The translations under genes were made by a program, and so were the position numbers. Shown here in pieces: positions 1 to 8,499 of a DNA stretch of 32,000 bases (position 1 is the first letter of the stretch; every line of letters begins with the position of its first letter). This stretch comes from Candidatus Heimdallarchaeota archaeon (lineage in GTDB: Archaea; Asgardarchaeota; Heimdallarchaeia; Heimdallarchaeales; Heimdallarchaeaceae), in assembly GCA_030668875.1 (NCBI GenBank), contig DAOVER010000011.1, positions 1 to 32,000 of the forward strand. Direction: 5' to 3'. The notes below the pieces were generated by a model. That model was not told the origin of the DNA. It did not search any database and saw only the letters and a list, made by a program, of their open reading frames with translations.

Positions 1-78
1 AATTTCAGTAAGCTTACTAGAAATATTTTCTGGACTCCCAGGCCAGTGAAACTTACCGATATGTAAACCTATTTTCAT
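1..78 (-). CDS. LLM-class F420-dependent oxidoreductase, N-terminal 26 aa (runs off the left edge)
   Basis: Not in the ORF track. Reverse complement of 1-78 reads MKIGLHIGKFHWPGSPENISSKLTEI from the ATG at 78. This matches the 'MxIGLxIxxFxWPGxPxxI...L.EI' start I recall for the Rv1855c-like F420-dependent luciferase-like monooxygenase subfamily. Confidence 0.7.
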   Translation of the reverse strand, partial: MKIGLHIGKFHWPGSPENISSKLTEI

Positions 79-271
79 CTTTTTCACTATTTACAATTTG
101 AAATTATACTGTTTTTAAAATATAAAAATGTTTTTTCAAAAATACATTCATCAAGATTTACAATGAAAAATTGATAAAAGATTTCTGTTATATATCACTT
201 TATTTGGAATGTACACCAGAATAAACAAAATTAAACATAATTTGCACAATATCAGAATGGTATATGCAACA

Positions 272-1774
272 TTATTTTTTCTTCAATTTCTTCAGAATTA
301 TCTGCCCAGCTTTAATCCCTGAGAAGAAACAAGTAGGCACGCCAGCTCCTTTTACATTACCTCCAGCCAGAAGTAGATGTTTGATAGGAGTCTGTTGTTT
401 TGGTTTCTTGTAACCTTTTTTAAACCCATACCATGACCCCTCAGTATTTAGTGTATAACTTTCGAATGTTAATGGTGTTGCTGTTTCTTTCACTACTATG
501 TGTTTTGATAAATCTGGAATAACTTCTTCTGCAAGTTGAATAAGCTGTTGGGAATACTTTTCCTTAATTTCTTTATACTTAGCTGTTCGTTTTCCATCTT
601 TACCCGATCCCCAATTCTTTTCAAAATCATAAGGTGCTACGGTAAGCAAAATAACCGATGATCCTTTATCGTTTCTTAATGAAGGATCAATTTTATCTGG
701 AATCCTGATTAAAACCTCTTCAGGGTCATATCTTCCACCTGCAACTCTCTCCAAATATTTTTCTGTTTTCAGATTATATGCTATATGTGAAGGAGTATCT
801 TTTAGATGTGTATTTAATCCAAGAAATACTGCGAATCCAGTGATTGATTTTTCCATTTTACTGATGAATTCTATATATTCACTAGGTAAGTGTTCTTTTC
901 CAACTAATTCTAAAGCTGTTTTACTAAGATCAGAGTTTGAGACAATCCATTTAGCTCTAAGTTCTGTTCCGTTTTCCAATTCTACTCCTGTTGCCTTCCC
1001 GTTCTCAATTATTATTTTCTTGACTTTTGTACGATATCTTAACTCTCCACCTTGTTTAGAATAAGCATTAACCATATTTTTCGCAAAAGCTAGCATACCC
1101 CCTTTTGGATAATAGTGTCCGTAGTAGTATGGTGAAAAGAATACTACTGCTGCTTGAATTGCCCTTATTTTGCTCGGTAGAACTCCCAACCAAAGACTGT
1201 AAATTGCTAAAACATCTCTCAGTTGGTTATTAGTAATATATTCATTAAGGAGATTATCAAATGATTTTGTTGCGTTTTTCCTCATATTAGGACAAGTAAA
1301 AACAATCCTTAGTAGTTCCTTAAATGAAGGTTCAAATTTTCCCTTTACAACTGAATGGAATTCATCCATTATTGATTTTACTACCTGAAAGAACCGAATA
1401 ATTCCATCTTTGTTGTCAGGAAAATGTTTTATCAACTCTGATTGATATTTTTTTTCATCTCCATACATTACTATTTTCTTATCAGGAAAATACAATGTTT
1501 CAACAGGATCAATTAATATGAACTCTTGTTTGACGCCAAGCTCATCTAGAGCTAACTTAAATAACTGTCCATCTCCACAGAAAACTAATCCTTCAGCTCC
1601 ACTATCAAAATAATACCCTTTTCTTCTAAAACCATTTACATAACCACCTGGAATAGAATGTTGTTCTAGAATGAGTGTCTTAAGTTTGGGATTGTGATTT
1701 TGAAGTGTTAAACCTGATCCTAAACCACCCATACCGGAACCTATGATAATAACATCGTAATTTTCAGAATCCAT
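272..1774 (-). CDS. Phytoene desaturase family (CrtI/retinol saturase-like, COG1233) FAD-dependent oxidoreductase
   Basis: 500 aa. N-terminal dinucleotide-binding motif DVIIIGSGMGGLG...ILEQHSIPGG, then GYYFDSG, YYPKGG, ETATPLTFESYT and C-terminal TPIKHLLLAGG...GAGVP, all typical of the family. Confidence 0.9.
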   Translation of the reverse strand: MDSENYDVIIIGSGMGGLGSGLTLQNHNPKLKTLILEQHSIPGGYVNGFRRKGYYFDSGAEGLVFCGDGQLFKLALDELGVKQEFILIDPVETLYFPDKKIVMYGDEKKYQSELIKHFPDNKDGIIRFFQVVKSIMDEFHSVVKGKFEPSFKELLRIVFTCPNMRKNATKSFDNLLNEYITNNQLRDVLAIYSLWLGVLPSKIRAIQAAVVFFSPYYYGHYYPKGGMLAFAKNMVNAYSKQGGELRYRTKVKKIIIENGKATGVELENGTELRAKWIVSNSDLSKTALELVGKEHLPSEYIEFISKMEKSITGFAVFLGLNTHLKDTPSHIAYNLKTEKYLERVAGGRYDPEEVLIRIPDKIDPSLRNDKGSSVILLTVAPYDFEKNWGSGKDGKRTAKYKEIKEKYSQQLIQLAEEVIPDLSKHIVVKETATPLTFESYTLNTEGSWYGFKKGYKKPKQQTPIKHLLLAGGNVKGAGVPTCFFSGIKAGQIILKKLKKK

Positions 1775-1817
1775 TACAGATTACATATGATTGCTCAATA
1801 AAAAAAGTTGTTATCTC

Positions 1818-2684
1818 CTATTCTTCAAGAGATGGAGAAATTGTTGCTGTGACTGCTCCTTTTCCAGCTGATAAGGCCATAACAGCTGACATTTCCCAGT
1901 AGAATGTTTGTTTGATTTTTCGAACTTTTTTGATCTCTTCAACATACCATGCCATTAGTTCAGGATTTAGAGCATCAGCCATGAATAGATCATATTCCTT
2001 GTCTGGATGGGTTCTAATTGCTATCTCTTTAATCATTTTCTTCATAGCACTCTTTTCTGAGAAAGCAGCACCTATTCCTATAAAACCTTCTTTCGTATTT
2101 ACTTCTGCTATTGGTTTCATCTTAAAAAGTGATACCATTATACCTTGAACTGAACCGCGTTTAACTTTACCTGTTCGGAACAAAGTAATTATATCACCTG
2201 TCATTCCAACTGTATAGATATCTTCTTTGATTTTATCAAGGTGACCAGTTATTTCTTTAACTGACTTGCCTGTTTTTAGGAGTTCTAAAGCACGATAAAC
2301 CATAGCTCCTTGAGAACCACATGTAAGATCAGTTGAATAGGGTGTAATCTTGATTTTTCCTTTCATTCTCTTTGCTGCTAATCTAGCAACATTCATATGG
2401 CTAGAAATTAGAGGAGTTAATCCCAAGTATAGTATCTCATCATAACCATCTTTTATTGCTTGTTCATAAACATCTATAGCATTTTGACTACTCATCTGAC
2501 TTGAAGTAGGATAAGGATCCGCTGTACTAAGACTGTTAATAAATTCCTCACGATTGATTTCAGTTAATTCTCTTTTAGGTTCTTCATTAATCAAAAGTAC
2601 AGACTCAAAGTATGCTATCTTTTCATCTTCCATGAATTTTTTAGGTAGAAGTGCAGATGCATCAGTGACTAGTTTAATCTTCAT
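1818..2684 (-). CDS. DegV family (fatty-acid/lipid-binding, FakB-like) protein
   Basis: 288 aa. KIKLVTDASALLP start, PTSSQ (TSQP-like motif), STDLTCGSQGAMV, LFKMKPI and a C-terminal GxG are hallmarks of DegV/EDD-domain proteins. Confidence 0.88.
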   Translation of the reverse strand: MKIKLVTDASALLPKKFMEDEKIAYFESVLLINEEPKRELTEINREEFINSLSTADPYPTSSQMSSQNAIDVYEQAIKDGYDEILYLGLTPLISSHMNVARLAAKRMKGKIKITPYSTDLTCGSQGAMVYRALELLKTGKSVKEITGHLDKIKEDIYTVGMTGDIITLFRTGKVKRGSVQGIMVSLFKMKPIAEVNTKEGFIGIGAAFSEKSAMKKMIKEIAIRTHPDKEYDLFMADALNPELMAWYVEEIKKVRKIKQTFYWEMSAVMALSAGKGAVTATISPSLEE

Positions 2685-2866
2685 ATTAGTAACTAAATTT
2701 CGCTAATATAAAAAATATTGCAAGCAAAACTCATTAAACCCTTAATTTTGACATATATTACTACTTTTCTCATAAATAAAACTTTTATTAATTTTTTACT
2801 TTTTAGGATAAAATATAAGTAATGATATGTTATATTAATTTTTATAGAACAAATTCTGTGATGTTA

Positions 2867-4528
2867 ATGTCTGAAGAAAGAGAACTTGATGAACTAGAGG
2901 AACTAGAAGAAGAATATGAAGATCTTAGCGATTTTGAGGAAGTTTCAATAGCCGTTGAAGAATATGATGATATGGCTGGTTTGGAAGATATACCTGAGGA
3001 AGCGATAGAACAAAGTTCCCAAAAGGATGTTATTATAACTTATGGAGATAAAATTGAAGTCGAGATAAAAAATCTTGAAGAAGAATTTAAGAGAAAACTC
3101 TCCGAATTAGAAAATGCTGATCCTTCTATAATGATTAGAGAGATAAATGAAATTTTGTCTAGAAGTAAAATGCTAGATGCACATTCATTAACAGCTGAAA
3201 TGGCTTCTTTTCTAGCTAGGCTTCTGGAATCATTAGATAGACATGATGAGGCAACAGAATTCTGTTTACTAGCTGTAAGTGAATCCAGAAAATCAGGAGA
3301 AGATGAATTACGTTTGCAAAGTTTAACTTCATTCGGTATTAATCTGACTAATTTCGATCTCAAGGATGCTTCTGTTGTATTTAGTCAAGCTATAGAATTA
3401 GCAGAAAACTTGGAAAATAAAGAATCCATTGCTGTAAATACTTTTTATTTTGCAAACTGTCAAATAGAAACAAACAAAGAACAAGCTCTTTCTTTGTACA
3501 TTAATGCAAGAAAGTTCTTCGAAGAAAAAGGAGAAAATGTTTGGTTAGGAAGGATTGATTACAAACTAGGTATGCTCCAACTAGAGAATTTCCAATACCA
3601 AGATGCTCTTAATATGTTAAATAGTTCAAAATTATATTTAAAAGATAACACAAATATCGGAGACGAGTTCAACTTAGATGAAATAATCGAGAGAACTACT
3701 TTGTTACTTTATTCTGGAAATACTCTGAAATATAGACTCAAAATACCTCCACCTCAAATCATTGAACAATCAGATCATACTAGAAAGATTTACGAGTTGC
3801 TTTCTGAGAGATCTTCTTTTGATGTCATTAAAGGCTTAAGAACTCTCAATAATGTCCAAGTTCTAACAGGAGATTATGTTTTTGACAGCTTAAAAGGGCT
3901 TTTAGAAGGTTCAGAATATGAGAAATTTAGTGACGATGAGCTGAAATATACTTCTGATTTATATGAGGAAATAGGTGATCTGTTCCAAAAAGATGATAAG
4001 CAAATAAATTCGTATTTCTACTACATTTCTGCTCAAATTCTATACATCTTAACACAGAATTCAAAGAAAGCAGACAGATTACAGAAGAAACTTCTGAAGC
4101 TCATAGAAGATATATCTGAAGGTGAGACTACTCCTCAATATTTTGATCAAAAGATTTACATGTACTATCAATTTGCATATTCCAATAAATCGATTAATCC
4201 AAAAGAGGCTCAAAAACACATAAATTCAGGATTAGAGCTTACAAGAAAAAGAGATAATCCTTTCTATGAAGGATTATTTAAAGAAATTCTAGGAGATATT
4301 AAAAAAGAGAAAGATTTGGAAAAAGCATTAGTTGAATACCAAGCTTCCATAACAATTTATGAAAGTCTTGAGGGGTATATTGACTTAATGAGGATCTATG
4401 AAAAGCAAGGTACAGAGATGCTTTCTACTCAAACAGATAAAGCTAAGGAAATATTACATAAAGCTCTAGAATATGCCAATAAATTGAAAAACGAAGATGT
4501 TAGAATTAGGATTGAAGGAAAGCTCTAA
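2867..4528 (+). CDS. TPR-like helical-repeat protein with a highly acidic N-terminus
   Basis: ORF track starts at 2822; ATG 2867 (MSEERE) or 2861 is more plausible because the upstream part is AT-rich promoter-like sequence. Repeated helix pairs such as A.EFCLLA....R, A...FSQA..LA..L, A...Y..A...FE and AL..YQAS..IYE resemble TPR/SNAP-type repeats. Confidence 0.7.
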   Translation: MSEERELDELEELEEEYEDLSDFEEVSIAVEEYDDMAGLEDIPEEAIEQSSQKDVIITYGDKIEVEIKNLEEEFKRKLSELENADPSIMIREINEILSRSKMLDAHSLTAEMASFLARLLESLDRHDEATEFCLLAVSESRKSGEDELRLQSLTSFGINLTNFDLKDASVVFSQAIELAENLENKESIAVNTFYFANCQIETNKEQALSLYINARKFFEEKGENVWLGRIDYKLGMLQLENFQYQDALNMLNSSKLYLKDNTNIGDEFNLDEIIERTTLLLYSGNTLKYRLKIPPPQIIEQSDHTRKIYELLSERSSFDVIKGLRTLNNVQVLTGDYVFDSLKGLLEGSEYEKFSDDELKYTSDLYEEIGDLFQKDDKQINSYFYYISAQILYILTQNSKKADRLQKKLLKLIEDISEGETTPQYFDQKIYMYYQFAYSNKSINPKEAQKHINSGLELTRKRDNPFYEGLFKEILGDIKKEKDLEKALVEYQASITIYESLEGYIDLMRIYEKQGTEMLSTQTDKAKEILHKALEYANKLKNEDVRIRIEGKL

Positions 4529-4533
4529 CTGGG

Positions 4534-4551
4534 TTTTTTAATTTTATTTTT
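4534..4551 (+). terminator. Possible archaeal oligo-T terminator
   Basis: TTTTTTAATTTTATTTTT directly after the stop at 4528. T-runs are common in this AT-rich DNA, so support is weak. Confidence 0.35.
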
Positions 4552-4673
4552 GCTTCCCATTCTCCTCTCTTTTTAATATTTAAGTGAAAATTAGTTGATT
4601 TATTTGTGAAATGTTAAAGAGGCAATATTTAAAAGAGTAGGAAAGTTTAATGATTTAGTTTATAATTGAATAG

Positions 4674-5366
4674 GTGACAACTTTGAAAAAAATATTAAAG
4701 ATTACTTTCGTTGTAGCATTTCTTATTTGTTTTGCTAACCTAACTACAGCAGTACCAGAGGATGGATTATATTATTCTGACAAAATGGTGAAAAATGGAT
4801 CATTCACATGGATTGTTACAAATAATACCAATACAAATGAAGCTGTTGACGTTTATAGTGTTCTAGATGTTGGTTCCAACTTCACTGTTCAGCTAAAAGA
4901 TAGCCTTTATCCTGGACCAATTACAGAAGACGAACTTAACTCCGTTTATGCTTCAATCGAAGTAGATGGAGAAAAATATACTGGTTCTGGATTCCCTCTT
5001 TTCTGGCACATTATGAAGGTAGAAAATGGTATTAATACTACAATACGAGAAGAATTTGAAGCAGAAACAGAATTATTTAATGTAAGTAGTGCAGGAGCTA
5101 ACTTCTTAGTAAACTTCACAATAAACGATATTTTTGAAGTTGATAATACCAATTACACACTCTTTGTAGAGTTAGAAATTGATCCTCTTGAAGGGTTAAC
5201 AGTTAGCTATTATGACGAACTACTTAATGGAACTGTTGTAGATAATATCTTCGAAATGGTATATGTAGATTATATAGTGTCAGCACCCATTAATACAGCA
5301 TGGGCAATTACAGGTTTAGTTTCAATCGCAGCAATAGTCTGGTTTGTTAAAAAGAAACGTAAGTAA
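4674..5366 (+). CDS. Secreted, C-terminally membrane-anchored surface glycoprotein of unknown function
   Basis: Signal peptide (KKILKITFVVAFLICFA), acidic beta-rich body with 8 N-x-S/T sequons, C-terminal TM helix followed by KKKRK. The true start may be TTG 4683, which has AGGTGA (4672-4677) just upstream. Confidence 0.75.
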   Translation: MTTLKKILKITFVVAFLICFANLTTAVPEDGLYYSDKMVKNGSFTWIVTNNTNTNEAVDVYSVLDVGSNFTVQLKDSLYPGPITEDELNSVYASIEVDGEKYTGSGFPLFWHIMKVENGINTTIREEFEAETELFNVSSAGANFLVNFTINDIFEVDNTNYTLFVELEIDPLEGLTVSYYDELLNGTVVDNIFEMVYVDYIVSAPINTAWAITGLVSIAAIVWFVKKKRK

Positions 5367-5448
5367 AATATTGATTTTTTTACATACTTTCTTCTTAATT
5401 TATTTTATTCAACAAATCTTATTATAATGAAATAAAATGGGTGTCCTA

Positions 5449-6381
5449 ATGAGTGAAAAGAAGAATCCATCAATTGATATGGAAGCAATAGATAACAAAA
5501 CAAGTACTTACTTCTCAATCAGCTGGTTAGAGTTAGAAGTTCTCAAGATTCTTACAAAATCTCAAAAACCTGTTTATAAAGGTGAAATGATAAATAGATT
5601 AAAATCTAAATACTTTGAAATCTCAAAGAAACCAGAGAGCTCTTTTTATGCCATCTTTGATAGACTTGAAGAAGACAAACTTGTTGCTTTATCTGAAATT
5701 AAAGGAGAAGGTTACAAAAAATTCCTGTCGATCACTCAAGAAGGCATGTTCGAATTCAAAAGAGCATTAAATTGGGGTATCAGCACTATTTTTGAAGGAA
5801 TGGTGGGATCACTGATATCTGTTCTAAATGAATTTTGTGTTGGTATAATGGGGTGTAAGAAAGAAAATGACTTCGGGATAATAAGTCCCAATAATCCAGA
5901 GTTTTTAGTACCTGAAAGCTGTAATGCTTGTGTAAAACCTGTGGAAGCAAATCTTTTTCACCGATTCAATATACTAATGCCTTACGCTAAAGATATGGTT
6001 ATACCTTTCTATCAGAATATTAAAGCTCAACCAAATAATATTCCATTAAAATCTGACTATCTTCAACGCATACTATCAATACTCTCTTTAGGTTTGTTAG
6101 AAGACAAACAAACAAATGAATTGATTGGTGAAGTACACAGAATTCTAGAGCCTGGAGGAAAAGTAGTTTTCGTTGAGATAGTTGAATTTGAGAGTTATTT
6201 ATTCGAATCTTTAAACAAACTAACTCATGGTTTTGATCTGTTTATACCAAAGAAAGGAACTTCAAGTCTTACACAATTCTCACCACAGTTACTTAAAGAG
6301 AAGATTGAACGTGTATTTGGTGAAGAAAACATAAAAATGATAGATATGAGAGAATTCATTTTTGTCATAGCAACAAAATAA
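5449..6381 (+). CDS. PadR-like winged-helix regulator fused to a degenerate class I SAM-methyltransferase-like domain
   Basis: N-terminal LELEVLKIL...SSFYAIFDRLEEDKLV...KKFLSITQEG is PadR-like. C-terminal PLKSDYLQRILSILSL...LIGEVHRILEPGGKVVFVE is the Methyltransf_11-like second half. ORF track starts at 5437; ATG 5449 lies 24 nt after the TATA-like CTTATTAT (5418-5425). Confidence 0.7.
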   Translation: MSEKKNPSIDMEAIDNKTSTYFSISWLELEVLKILTKSQKPVYKGEMINRLKSKYFEISKKPESSFYAIFDRLEEDKLVALSEIKGEGYKKFLSITQEGMFEFKRALNWGISTIFEGMVGSLISVLNEFCVGIMGCKKENDFGIISPNNPEFLVPESCNACVKPVEANLFHRFNILMPYAKDMVIPFYQNIKAQPNNIPLKSDYLQRILSILSLGLLEDKQTNELIGEVHRILEPGGKVVFVEIVEFESYLFESLNKLTHGFDLFIPKKGTSSLTQFSPQLLKEKIERVFGEENIKMIDMREFIFVIATK

Positions 6382-6459
6382 TTGCTTGATTTTCTCTTAT
6401 TAAGGAGAAAATATATAAACATCTTACATAGTTTTGTTTTAGATAACTAGGTGTTTGAT

Positions 6460-6822
6460 ATGAGTACTACATCTGAGCAAAGGTATGTTGATCTTAAAAA
6501 ACTGTGTGAAAGAGTTGATTCTGAATTGTTTGACTCTCTATCTTGGATTTTGTTATTAAATTTGGATCTTGTTCCAGAAGAAGATATAGAAGCTAACGCT
6601 AACTTAAAATTTTCTCGTGAGTTGATGACTGGAAATTTCAAAGCTGCTTTAAGCATAGCAAAAAGCATTGTAGACTCAGACAGACCTATTGCTTTTCACT
6701 ATAAGGCACTATTCAAAGTAGATCCAAATTTATCAAAAACTTTTGAAGTTGCAGAAACTTTCTTCGCACTTGCAAAGAGAAGAACAGAATTAATAGAAAA
6801 ATCTGGATTTAAACAATATTAA
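6460..6822 (+). CDS. Hypothetical protein (about 120 aa, helical)
   Basis: Fills the gap between two + strand genes with normal composition. ATG 6460 follows an AGGTG SD-like site at 6449-6453 (ORF track start is GTG 6451). A T-run follows the stop. Confidence 0.7.
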   Translation: MSTTSEQRYVDLKKLCERVDSELFDSLSWILLLNLDLVPEEDIEANANLKFSRELMTGNFKAALSIAKSIVDSDRPIAFHYKALFKVDPNLSKTFEVAETFFALAKRRTELIEKSGFKQY

Positions 6823-6902
6823 TCCCTCATTTTTTAGTTATTTTTATAGAAAAAATTAGTAACGAGTATACTTATTAAGATTTATCGTGTTTCAAAAACA
6901 GC

Positions 6903-8129
6903 ATGATAAAGCATCGTTCCCCCTTTTCAATCTTCGCTGGATTTACTCTTGCAGTGTTAGGGGGAATGATATTCAATATTGGAGGACTTTTCGCGGGTCG
7001 TTCCGCTGTTTTACTAAATGAGCTAGAAAGTTTTTTTCAATGGGTATTTCTCATTTATCCTTTACTTCTAACGGTGAGGGGAGATATTAATGGAATATTG
7101 TCAGGGAAGTTAGGTACAGCTTTGCATTTGGGTACTATTAAACCTAGTTGGAGAAAAAATACAAATAGGTTTTATGAATTGATGGGGTTAATTTTCTTTT
7201 TTTCAGTTTTTGATGCTATAGTGGTCTCAATAAGTGCATTTATTCTTAGTATAATCTTACATTTCTCTGTTAATTTCCTTGACATATTGGTTATTTCTGT
7301 TACTACATTTGCTCTAGGGGCAATAATTTCAATGGTTTTTACATTCACCCTTACATTTTGGATTTATAATCGTAAAGGAGATCCTGATGTTTATGTTTAC
7401 CCGATTATGTCTTCAATAAATGACATCTTGATTACTGTCATCTTCTTTGCTGCTTGTCAACTTTATCGTCCTCGGGGAACCAATTTATCTCTTTATCTAG
7501 GTTTGCCTATAATAGGCCTTGTCATTACGGGAATTGTTTTTTACTTTGTAAAGTTTGGAAAACAAGATTATGTAATAAGTTCAATAAAACAATCTTTGCC
7601 AACTTTAACTTTTACAAATATGATTGCTTCGGGAACAGGCACGGTGTTAGCTTCAGCAACAGCCATGTTAATAATTGAGCAGCATCCCATTTTCTTGATT
7701 GTTTATCCCGCGATGATTAGTACTGTTGGTAGTCAAGGATCCATATTAGCAAACACAACTTCAACTAAACTCCATTTAGGTACAATAAAACCATCTTTCT
7801 CTTTCTTCAAATCTACAACCTTTTTAACTTCATTTGGAGGTATTTTTACTGCTGGTTTGATTCTAATTCTTCTTTATAGTATACTAGGCCCTCTGTTATC
7901 TCCTAGTGAGATTTCATTTTCTTCGTATGGTATGTTGCTTTTAATTTTAATCTTATCCAATACTGTTGGATTTCTAGTAATAGGTATTCTCGCTACATCT
8001 TCAGCGTTCATAACGTATAGATTTGGTTTAGATCCAGACAACTTAGTAAATCCAATATTAAGTTCATGTGCAGATTTAGTAACAACTGGATTACTCGTCT
8101 TATCTTTTTATTTCCTAATCATTCTATAG
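6903..8129 (+). CDS. mgtE: MgtE/SLC41-type divalent cation (Mg2+) transporter, two integral-membrane repeats, no cytosolic CBS domain
   Basis: About 10-11 hydrophobic segments. Duplicated motifs: RGDINGILSGKLGTALHLG / VGSQGSILANTTSTKLHLG and DPDVYVYPIMSSINDI / DPDNLVNPILSSCADL. Confidence 0.85.
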   Translation: MIKHRSPFSIFAGFTLAVLGGMIFNIGGLFAGRSAVLLNELESFFQWVFLIYPLLLTVRGDINGILSGKLGTALHLGTIKPSWRKNTNRFYELMGLIFFFSVFDAIVVSISAFILSIILHFSVNFLDILVISVTTFALGAIISMVFTFTLTFWIYNRKGDPDVYVYPIMSSINDILITVIFFAACQLYRPRGTNLSLYLGLPIIGLVITGIVFYFVKFGKQDYVISSIKQSLPTLTFTNMIASGTGTVLASATAMLIIEQHPIFLIVYPAMISTVGSQGSILANTTSTKLHLGTIKPSFSFFKSTTFLTSFGGIFTAGLILILLYSILGPLLSPSEISFSSYGMLLLILILSNTVGFLVIGILATSSAFITYRFGLDPDNLVNPILSSCADLVTTGLLVLSFYFLIIL

Positions 8130-8138
8130 ATTAAGAAA

Positions 8139-8456
8139 CTACGATGTTTGAACATCAATCCAGAAACTGTATTCCTCTGTAACAAAATCTTTCTCTACGA
8201 TAACTATTTCAGGCAGTTCATAGGAATGTGTTTTCTTTAAAGTTTCTACGATTAACGCTTTTCTAGAATCGCTTGTTTTAATGATTAGAACATACTCTTC
8301 TAACTTCTCTATATTATCCTTCCACCGACAAATGCTCGTGATTGGAAAGAATTGCACACAAGCTGCTAGTTTGTTTTCAACTAGCATTTCTGCAAGTTTT
8401 TCAGCTTCTTCAAGTGAAGAAACAGATGTTTTAACTTGAATAATTCCACTACTCAT
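8139..8456 (-). CDS. cutA: Divalent-cation tolerance protein CutA
   Basis: 105 aa with EAEKLAEMLVENKLAACVQ, SICRWKDNIE..EE..LIIKT and HSYELPEI, the canonical CutA1 motifs. Confidence 0.95.
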   Translation of the reverse strand: MSSGIIQVKTSVSSLEEAEKLAEMLVENKLAACVQFFPITSICRWKDNIEKLEEYVLIIKTSDSRKALIVETLKKTHSYELPEIVIVEKDFVTEEYSFWIDVQTS

Positions 8457-8499
8457 AATTTATTCTTGCATAGAACAGTTATTAATTATTTGATGAAAA

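Noticed and set aside
79-271. Possible ncRNA or tRNA in the longer intergenic gaps (79-271, 15793-15989)
   Set aside because: Very AT-rich, with no cloverleaf, T-loop (GTTCRA) context or stable GC-rich stem; adequately explained by promoters and terminators.
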